Program-made: the position numbers and the translations under genes | Shown here: positions 9,061-16,200 of the stretch, piece after piece | Numbering within the stretch: position 1 is the stretch's first letter | How the letters are laid out: the number at the start of each line of letters is the position of its first letter | The notes under the pieces: model-generated | What the model was told of the DNA's origin: nothing | Seen by the model: the letters and a program-made list of their open reading frames with translations, nothing else | Database searches by the model: none | Assembly: GCA_048885925.1 (NCBI GenBank) | Contig: JBHLLG010000057.1 | Coordinates: forward strand, 1-17,360 | Direction: 5' to 3' | DNA: 17,360 nt | DNA from: Candidatus Hermodarchaeota archaeon | Lineage (GTDB): Archaea > Asgardarchaeota > Lokiarchaeia > Sigyniarchaeales > SOKP01

Positions 9061-11124
9061 TTAAGCTTTTAATTTAGGAACTTTAGTAATAAATATTTTT
9101 TTAATTAAGGTTTCAAGCAATGGTTGATCTTTTAATTCAATTACTCTATTAGATTTATAAAATTTATTCATAGTCTCCCAAATCGTATTTGATTTTTGTA
9201 TATGTTTAACAAATCGTAAAAATTTTTGTTTTGCGAGATAAGTTTGACCCTTGAATAAATAACATATTGAGAAAAGGCTAACAGATTGCATAAGTATCGT
9301 ATATTCACCAAATTTGGCTCTATCCAGTCTTTTCGCAAAAAGTTCTTGGCTAAAGTTATTAAAGGCAGTTAAAAATCCACTGATTAAATCATCTTCGAAT
9401 GACAATTCTTTTATAAATTGGTTAGAAAATAGTGGAACACCACCTTCTGAGATAATTAAAAGTAAAACTGGTATTTCATGAGATAATTTTGGGAGTTCTA
9501 TTGTGCTTTTTCCTTGCATACGATTGATAACTCCATCAAAGGATGCAAGTTTTATCCTTTCTGACATTGGGGCATCTTTTTTTTTAAGACTATCCCAAGT
9601 GTTCAATTGTTCTAATAGTACATCATACTCATTAGAGATTTTTATAGCTAGTAAGTCAAGACCGTGCATTTCTGCAATTTGTTGGGCTTGTGTTAATAAA
9701 ATCTCTGCTTCTTCGATTTTCATTTGAATTAATGCTACTTTAGCTTGCAATAATTTAGTTTCAGTTAACCATAAATATGAGTTTTGTTTTTCCGCTATTT
9801 CAAATATTCGAGATATTAAAGGATTTAGATCCTCTAAAATTTCAAGGTTATTAGTAATATATAATTCCTCTAGATATAAATCACAAAGATTAACTATTGC
9901 TAAAAGATATAATTGGGGAATAGCATATTCATCTTTTGAGACTTCTATCAATAAGTTTTCAGCTTCAGCCCTACTCCTCATTCTACCACTCCTTTTCAAT
10001 ACTAAAGCTTTTGCAATCATATTTAATTGTTTAAACACATTTGTTTCATTTTGTTTCGTGAATTCTTCTAGCTTTTCTAAATATGAATGTGCTTTTTCAG
10101 GAAAATTATTGTCTAAATTTGTAAGAATCAAATAAAAAAGTGATGAACTTATCCCATAAAGGTTATTGTTTTCTTCAGAAAGTCTTAAACTTTTCATAAG
10201 GTATTTTGTAGCTTGATCAAAATCTCCTTTCATTCTATATGTTGCACCAATTCCCATTGTATTTTCTATGAAACCTTCTAAATATCCCTCCTTTTCAGCA
10301 AGTTTTGCTGCACGACCATAATATCTTAATGTTCTATCTATATTTCCTTTATCTTTATAAATAGCGCCTAAAAGATGTAAGGTTGCAAGTTTGGTAAAAA
10401 TACTAATTTCCTTTATCATTAAGCTTCGCCTACCAAACTTTAGAGCTTTACTGAAATCACCTTTTCTAAAATGACTAAATCCTATGAAACTAAGGCTTGT
10501 CGCAATACCTATCGGATTTTTTAATTCTTCTTGTAATTCTAGACTTTTCAATCCGTAATTTAAAGCAATATTAGGATTATTTTTTAAAAGATAAATATCT
10601 ACTAATAAGTTATAAATACGTGAAATTTCAAGCTTTTCCCCTAAATGTTCTAGTATAGATAAACATTGTTTTGCTAATTTTAATGCTTTAGTATGATCTG
10701 TTCTAAAATGATAAGCCATCATTTTTATAATTTGTAAATTTGCTTCCAATGTTGGAAACTCAGAAGCTAAATCTTCAGAAATAAGTTTGATAAGTTTCTC
10801 AGCTTCTTTAATATATTTATAACCTTGCTCTACATTCCCAAGATATACCGTATATGCTTTGATAAGAAGAGATTCAATAGAATGAAATATAGAACTTAAT
10901 TTTTGACTCAGTTGATAAGCAAGTTCCCCAACTTCTATGGCTTGCTTATACTGTTCTTTATAGCAAAATATCTTTCCTTTTAAAATATATAAAGATAACT
11001 GATCTTTAGTGTTATCGAATTTGCTTTCTTCGAGAATTTTAATTAGTTCAAATGCTTTTTCAAATTTAGCTTGTTGTATTAGTTGTTGTACTTGAAGTAA
11101 CTCTTTGGATGTTAAATTAGACAA
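9061..11124 (-). CDS. TPR-repeat protein with C-terminal longin-like domain
   Basis: Multiple TPRs (IATSLSFIGFSHFRKGDFSKAL, TMGIGATYRMKGDFDQATKYL). The C-terminus LLLIISEGGVPLFS...LISGFLTAFNNFSQELF is longin-like. TTG start with upstream GGAGA. Confidence 0.8.
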   Translation of the reverse strand: MSNLTSKELLQVQQLIQQAKFEKAFELIKILEESKFDNTKDQLSLYILKGKIFCYKEQYKQAIEVGELAYQLSQKLSSIFHSIESLLIKAYTVYLGNVEQGYKYIKEAEKLIKLISEDLASEFPTLEANLQIIKMMAYHFRTDHTKALKLAKQCLSILEHLGEKLEISRIYNLLVDIYLLKNNPNIALNYGLKSLELQEELKNPIGIATSLSFIGFSHFRKGDFSKALKFGRRSLMIKEISIFTKLATLHLLGAIYKDKGNIDRTLRYYGRAAKLAEKEGYLEGFIENTMGIGATYRMKGDFDQATKYLMKSLRLSEENNNLYGISSSLFYLILTNLDNNFPEKAHSYLEKLEEFTKQNETNVFKQLNMIAKALVLKRSGRMRSRAEAENLLIEVSKDEYAIPQLYLLAIVNLCDLYLEELYITNNLEILEDLNPLISRIFEIAEKQNSYLWLTETKLLQAKVALIQMKIEEAEILLTQAQQIAEMHGLDLLAIKISNEYDVLLEQLNTWDSLKKKDAPMSERIKLASFDGVINRMQGKSTIELPKLSHEIPVLLLIISEGGVPLFSNQFIKELSFEDDLISGFLTAFNNFSQELFAKRLDRAKFGEYTILMQSVSLFSICYLFKGQTYLAKQKFLRFVKHIQKSNTIWETMNKFYKSNRVIELKDQPLLETLIKKIFITKVPKLKA

Positions 11125-11261
11125 AAAATATTATCTCCATTTATAAATCAAAATATAGAATTTAAGAACTATTTAATGGGCATTTCAATAAAAAAAGAAG
11201 AATATTTTGCTTAAAAGACTTTGTAAAAGCTTTCTTTTCTATATGAGAGTTAATGAATAAT

Positions 11262-13499
11262 TTAAAACTCAAAAGGATTTATTGGTTTGAAGATAAAGTC
11301 TTTTACTAAATTAAATTTGTTAATATACTCAGCTGGTTCATCCGTTCTACAGGCTCTTTTAAACTTACAATACATTTCAGTTGATAAGGGATATGGAAAT
11401 AAACATTTAAGGCAATTCTTATTTACTATACAATCTGTACAAGTTCTCTTTTCTACAGTTTCTTTTCTTAAATTTTTTAATTTTTGAACTATACTCTGAA
11501 AAGATGTTCCTATTTGTCCAATAGGATCGGAATACCAACAAATTCTAATTGAATTATCATTTCCGATAATCGCAGTTTCTAATGTCTGACAATTTGCTTG
11601 ATTATTCGTCCATCGACATAATTGCTGAAATTGAGGTAAAGGAATACTATCGAAAAGATATTTAAAAATATCTTTAGTATTTGAAAGTTCGATTAAAAAA
11701 TTATAAAGTCTTTCTGTGTCAATTGGATCATAATCTATTCCTATCGAGTAATCAATATCAGCAGAATTTTTTTTATATTCTTCTAAGACTAGATTTGTAT
11801 TTTTCAGTTTTATAGGTAAACCAATTTGTTGATTAAATAAGGCTATTCTTCCAGATCTTAAAGTAGACGAGTGATTAGAACGTTCTAAATAATAAGGTTC
11901 ATAATACAACGTCGGTGAGTATTCATTATAAAGAGTTTTTCTATTTTTTTCATGAAACTTTAAGAATTTCTTTTTATCTGAATGAATTTGAATGATTGCT
12001 CCATTTAAAGCAAGATTTTTTTGAAGACATTTTATGACTGAAGGTTTAATAACATCAGAGTTAATTATTGTATTGTCAAAATAAGATTTGTCTTTTGATC
12101 TTGTAGAGTATAACGATAAAATTTTGAGAGTGTTATAATCAAGTATCTCATTATTTTCTATTCTTGCACATTTAGGATGTACTTGTACTTTAAACACATC
12201 AAAGGGAAAACTATTTTTAAGGTGGACTCTATTTTTATGACCTATGGGATTAACCTTGTATCCATATTTCAAATAGTTTTGATAAATAGGAGTACCCTTA
12301 TAAATATGGAAAAAATTATGTGTATAAAAATCGATATCTAACTTATCTATAAATTTTATGGTTTTTTGAGCATCTTGAAGAGATTCACCGGGTAATCCAA
12401 TCATAATACTTACAAATACTTTTGCTATTCCAATCTTTTTTGCATATGATGTCATAGTCTTCAATTTATCAATAAACTCAATTTCTTTGTCAAATTCTGT
12501 CGCGTTTTCAGTTTTTGGAGGGCTAACTTTGCCTATTGTGTTTAACACTCTCGGAACTGCACTTTCTAATGAAAAACCTATTGAAGTAAAACCAGCTTGC
12601 TTCATTAAATCTAAAAGTTCTTCCGTAACTTTATCACAACGAGTAAGACAAATAAGTGGTATTTGTAGATTATTTTCGATTATTGCTTCACAAATTTTTT
12701 TTGCTCGTTTTGGTAGTATTGTAAATGTATCATCATTAATAGGAACTGGACTCAAGAATTTTTTATAATCGTTAATATATGTTAATTCTTCAATTACTCT
12801 CTCTATTGAGTGAAAAAAAATATTTCTTTTACTTATTACCGCACAATTACAATAAGTACAATTCTGATTGCATCCTCTAGCGGTAGTTACCCCTGTTGGA
12901 AATGCTTTGGATTTAGGAATAATCTGCGAAAGATACGGAGATGGATATTTATCAATATAATTTTTAACAAATCTATTTGATAGCAAAACATTACAATCTG
13001 GATTTATGATAATTTTATCTTTATGCTTAAATGTTATACCATTAATGTTAAAAAGTTCTGTTTGAATCAAGTCAAAGTTAGTATTAGAGAAAGCTAATAG
13101 TAATTTAAGAACAGTTTCTTCTCCTTCACCTCTAACACATAGATCAACACTGCCAATACTTTCCAAAATTTCCTTCGATTGAACACTTGGAGTAGGACCC
13201 CCAAATAGAATAATAATTTCAGAATTATACCTCTTTAAACCACTACTAATTAACACACATTGTATAAAGTTTGCTTCATAAACAGAGAATCCGACTATTT
13301 TAGGATTATAGCTCAAAATTCTCTTTACACATTCATTGACATTATAAGTTTCATCTGAGATGTACTGTTTTGCCTTGAAACCATGCTGCTTTAAATAGGC
13401 AATTATATAAGCTGATCCCAAATGATAACTAAAATTTGTGAAGTATAAATCACCACCAGAGGGAAAAACCATCAAGATCTCTAAAAAACTATCATCCAT
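11262..13499 (-). CDS. B12-binding radical SAM enzyme with C-terminal SPASM-like domain
   Basis: Cobalamin-binding domain (HLGSAYIIAYLKQHG, IVGFSV, GGPTPS, VRGEGEET), ARGCNQNCTYC Cx3Cx2C at 12849-12872, DDTF, SLES, MIGLPGES, GTPIY. C-terminal C...IGNDNSIRIC...IG...CTDCIVNKNCLKC...C. Confidence 0.9.
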   Translation of the reverse strand: MDDSFLEILMVFPSGGDLYFTNFSYHLGSAYIIAYLKQHGFKAKQYISDETYNVNECVKRILSYNPKIVGFSVYEANFIQCVLISSGLKRYNSEIIILFGGPTPSVQSKEILESIGSVDLCVRGEGEETVLKLLLAFSNTNFDLIQTELFNINGITFKHKDKIIINPDCNVLLSNRFVKNYIDKYPSPYLSQIIPKSKAFPTGVTTARGCNQNCTYCNCAVISKRNIFFHSIERVIEELTYINDYKKFLSPVPINDDTFTILPKRAKKICEAIIENNLQIPLICLTRCDKVTEELLDLMKQAGFTSIGFSLESAVPRVLNTIGKVSPPKTENATEFDKEIEFIDKLKTMTSYAKKIGIAKVFVSIMIGLPGESLQDAQKTIKFIDKLDIDFYTHNFFHIYKGTPIYQNYLKYGYKVNPIGHKNRVHLKNSFPFDVFKVQVHPKCARIENNEILDYNTLKILSLYSTRSKDKSYFDNTIINSDVIKPSVIKCLQKNLALNGAIIQIHSDKKKFLKFHEKNRKTLYNEYSPTLYYEPYYLERSNHSSTLRSGRIALFNQQIGLPIKLKNTNLVLEEYKKNSADIDYSIGIDYDPIDTERLYNFLIELSNTKDIFKYLFDSIPLPQFQQLCRWTNNQANCQTLETAIIGNDNSIRICWYSDPIGQIGTSFQSIVQKLKNLRKETVEKRTCTDCIVNKNCLKCLFPYPLSTEMYCKFKRACRTDEPAEYINKFNLVKDFIFKPINPFEF

Positions 13500-13588
13500 A
13501 TTAATTCAATTCTCCAAAATCAAAATTTTAAAATTAGGATCTTAATGTAAAGCTCATATTCAATTGAAGTATATTCTAAAACTATAAA

Positions 13589-13600
13589 TTAAAAAAATGG
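13589..13600 (-). terminator. Oligo-T terminator after small gene A
   Basis: CCATTTTTTTAA on the minus strand about 35 nt after the stop. Identical at 14149-14160. Confidence 0.45.
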
Positions 13601-13635
13601 AATAAAGATTATAAATCTTAAATCTAATCTCATTT

Positions 13636-13905
13636 TTAACCTGCTGTAACCCAATAACCAAGAATAGTACATACTTCCTTTAAATTCTCATCACTTATAG
13701 CTGGATTTAATCCCTTTTTTTTAAGACATTCTTTAATTGCTTTTATCATACCTTTTTGATCTGTTTTTGAAATCTGCACTCCGTTGCCTATACATTCCTG
13801 AATACACTCAGCAAGGTCTTCACCAATAGCAGGTCCATATCTTTCTATAAGACGATGTCGTATAGTTTGTTTCAAATCAATTCTTACGTTTGGTATTTTT
13901 AACAC
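13636..13905 (-). CDS. Small Cys-containing protein, putative radical SAM substrate/RiPP precursor (copy A)
   Basis: Paralog of 14196-14450 (28/36 identical over residues 4-39), ECIQECI motif, C-terminus LGYWVTAG. True start is possibly ATA at 13896. Confidence 0.8.
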   Translation of the reverse strand: MLKIPNVRIDLKQTIRHRLIERYGPAIGEDLAECIQECIGNGVQISKTDQKGMIKAIKECLKKKGLNPAISDENLKEVCTILGYWVTAG

Positions 13906-13942
13906 CTCAAAATTTTAGAATTTCGCTTTTAATTATAATAAC

Positions 13943-14011
13943 ATGTAAATTAGTTAAATTTCTTACATTATAGTAAAATATATTTACATGTTTAAAAATA
14001 TATTATATTTT
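13943..14011 (-). promoter_or_regulatory. Promoter region with ATGTAA-N14-TTACAT palindrome (copy A)
   Basis: Half-sites at 13943-13948 and 13963-13968. TATA-like TTTTAAA on the minus strand at about 13991-13997. Conserved in copy B. Confidence 0.6.
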
Positions 14012-14148
14012 GATTTTAAAATAAAAAGTATTTTTTCTAAAATTTCTTAGAAAAGAAGATAAAATGGGTCTCAAAAATCAAAATTACAAATATTTAAGAT
14101 CATAAGGTTAAGCATAAATTCGACAGTAATATATTCTAAAATGAAATA

Positions 14149-14160
14149 TTAAAAAAATGG
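14149..14160 (-). terminator. Oligo-T terminator after small gene B
   Basis: CCATTTTTTTAA on the minus strand at the same distance from the stop as in copy A. Confidence 0.45.
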
Positions 14161-14195
14161 AAAAAATATTAATAGTACTAAATCTATTCTCAACT

Positions 14196-14450
14196 TCAAC
14201 CTGCTGTAACCCAATGCCCAAGTAAACCAAATACGTCATCTATATCTATTGCTTTATAATCTTCTTCTTTAAGCTTATCAGAAAGACATTTTTCGATACA
14301 ATCTTTTAAATCATTACCTTTATATCCTGCGGCTATGCACTCCTGAATACATTCAGTAATTATAAGGCCAATTCTGGGGCCATGTCTTTCTATAAGACGA
14401 TGTCTTATAGTTTGATTCAAATCAATTCTTAAATTTGGTATTACTCTCAC
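14196..14450 (-). CDS. Small Cys-containing protein, putative radical SAM substrate/RiPP precursor (copy B)
   Basis: Paralog of 13636-13905, twin Cx3C (CIQEC, CIEKC), C-terminus LGHWVTAG. True start is possibly ATA at 14441. Confidence 0.8.
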   Translation of the reverse strand: MRVIPNLRIDLNQTIRHRLIERHGPRIGLIITECIQECIAAGYKGNDLKDCIEKCLSDKLKEEDYKAIDIDDVFGLLGHWVTAG

Positions 14451-14487
14451 CTCAAAATTAGTGAATTTCGCTTTTAAATTAATTGAT

Positions 14488-14556
14488 ATGTAACTTTGCA
14501 GCTTTTGTTACATTATAGTAAAATATTTTTGCATGTTTAAAAATATATTATATTTT
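14488..14556 (-). promoter_or_regulatory. Promoter region with ATGTAA-N14-TTACAT palindrome (copy B)
   Basis: Half-sites at 14488-14493 and 14508-14513. The TATA-like block is identical to copy A. Confidence 0.6.
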
Positions 14557-14632
14557 CATTGTGAAAATTATGTAGATTTTAGAAAATTTTTATCAAAAAA
14601 AAAAATAGGTTATAATTTTAGGAAACTCAGTT

Positions 14633-14890
14633 TTAATAAACTGCATGATTTCTAAAGTATATTTTATTCTTTACATCTTCTATTGATTTTGTCTCTTGTA
14701 GATATTTAGCATTATATCTAACTTTTTCAAATAATTTTAATAACGCTTTTTTAGGTTTTTTCTCTCGTTCAATCTCTTTAGGTTCCTCAAGTTGTTCCTG
14801 CTCTTCGACAGGAACCTCTTCTAAAATTATAATTTCTTCCAATATTATACTATTTTTAAAATCTTTTCCCTTCTTTAATACTTGTACCAT
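14633..14890 (-). CDS. Small hypothetical protein (85 aa; acidic middle, basic C-terminus)
   Basis: ATG preceded by RBS AGGTGA at 7 nt spacing. Coding-like E/K-rich composition. Confidence 0.7.
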   Translation of the reverse strand: MVQVLKKGKDFKNSIILEEIIILEEVPVEEQEQLEEPKEIEREKKPKKALLKLFEKVRYNAKYLQETKSIEDVKNKIYFRNHAVY

Positions 14891-14910
14891 TTTTCAATCA
14901 CCTTTTTTTG

Positions 14911-15177
14911 TTATTTTAAATTTCTTAATCCAAATTTATATTTCTCTGGGTGTAGATAATAATGACTAGATGATTGTTTCCATCTTTTTAACGCTCTTTT
15001 TTGTGCTATTGAGTCTGATTCATCCTTAACAGGTGAGATTTCTTTATTCATATTCTCACTTATTTCAAATGGAATTTCTAAACTCAAATTATTGGTTGCT
15101 TCCTTGCTTTCTTCTTTATAAAATACATAAAAGAATTCCTTGAAATCCGGTACAATAATTTTTTCACTTTCAGTCAG
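14911..15177 (-). CDS. Small hypothetical protein (88 aa), CTG start, absent from the ORF track
   Basis: GAGGTGGTGA-aat-CTG followed by 88 open codons (TESEKIIVPDFKEFFYVFYKEESKE...RWKQSSSHYYLHPEKYKFGLRNLK). Stop is 20 bp before the next ATG. Confidence 0.65.
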   Translation of the reverse strand: MTESEKIIVPDFKEFFYVFYKEESKEATNNLSLEIPFEISENMNKEISPVKDESDSIAQKRALKRWKQSSSHYYLHPEKYKFGLRNLK

Positions 15178-15391
15178 ATTTCACCACCTCTATTTTTCAC
15201 TTTTACTTTTTTTGAGCTTTAAATATAATTAGATTAACCTTCTATTTTTAGTTTCTTTTACTGAACTTTGAGTGGACTCTTGGACAAATATTGGAAAACA
15301 AAAAATAAATGAATATAATTAAAAAAGAAATTATTTTATTTTTTCTAATAGAATCCTAAAAAATGATTAGAGTTTAAATAATAAATTGAAT

Positions 15392-15949
15392 TTATCCTTC
15401 TGCTAATAAAGTCTTAGATTTGTGGTACAATTCATTAATAATGTTATTAAATGCTTCAATAACTCCTTGACCCGTTTTGGCAGAAGTTATAAAATATCCA
15501 AAGAACTTTCGATCATTACTTATTTTTTGGATAAATGTTTCATTTAAATCGTTTTCATCAATCAAATCGACTTTGTTAGCGAATAGAACGACAGGAACGT
15601 CTCCGCAGAAGTTTATGATATCTTCATGCCATTTAGGGATATGATAGAAGCTTTCCTTACCAAGATCATTTTCTTCAAGGCTATATACAATTATAGCAGC
15701 TTTACTATTTTTAAAAAAAGAGGGTCGAGCAAAATTGAAATCATCTTGACCAGCGATATCCCAAAACATTAATCTTATTTTATCTTGATCAATCTCTTTA
15801 TCATATATAGAAAATTGAGCTCCAATTGTTTTGATATAGTCTTTCTGAAATGATCCTCTTGTAAATTTTTTGATTAGGGACGTTTTACCGACTCTTCCGT
15901 CTCCTACTAAAGTTATTTTAAATATAAATTTCGACCCTATATCATTCAT
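15392..15949 (-). CDS. Rab-like Ras-superfamily small GTPase
   Basis: GDGRVGKT, TIGAQF, WDIAGQD, NKVD, TSAKTG. No prenylation motif. Confidence 0.93.
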   Translation of the reverse strand: MNDIGSKFIFKITLVGDGRVGKTSLIKKFTRGSFQKDYIKTIGAQFSIYDKEIDQDKIRLMFWDIAGQDDFNFARPSFFKNSKAAIIVYSLEENDLGKESFYHIPKWHEDIINFCGDVPVVLFANKVDLIDENDLNETFIQKISNDRKFFGYFITSAKTGQGVIEAFNNIINELYHKSKTLLAEG

Positions 15950-16200
15950 TTGATTGCTATTTAGAAGTCATATTAGAGAATATTAATTAATATAAGATTA
16001 GATTTAGAAAAATATAAAACTATGTTTTGTTGGTTAATAAAAATCTCTAAAATAAATCAAACAATATAACTATTAATATTGCATTATAAGTATAAGTTGA
16101 TTAAGTCCAAATGGAGTCTTAGATTGATTATGGATCATAAAGTATAAATAGATTTTAAAATATTATTCTTATAAAGAAAATTGATCAGGGAGTACTAATT

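Larger units (their letters stand above)
13511..14570. repeat. Diverged tandem duplication, unit ~545-560 bp (approx. 13511-14022 and 14069-14568)
   Basis: Matching blocks: ttaaaaaaatggaa at 13589/14149, aacctgctgtaacccaat at both stops, ttacattatagtaaaatat at 13963/14508, and a 25-nt identity catgtttaaaaatatattatatttt at 13987/14532. Confidence 0.9.

Noticed and set aside
8603-12768. Plus-strand ORFs 8603-8812, 9503-9727, 11287-11487, 12487-12768
   Set aside because: All are antisense shadows inside long motif-bearing genes.
13636-14450. Small proteins as ubiquitin-like/SAMP modifiers or saposin-like proteins
   Set aside because: They end in AG, not GG, and look helical rather than beta-grasp. 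EVCTILG resembles a saposin tail, but there are only four Cys and that Cys is absent in copy B.
15273-15285. TGGAC-N3-TGGAC direct repeat upstream of the small ORF pair
   Set aside because: Too short to distinguish from chance.
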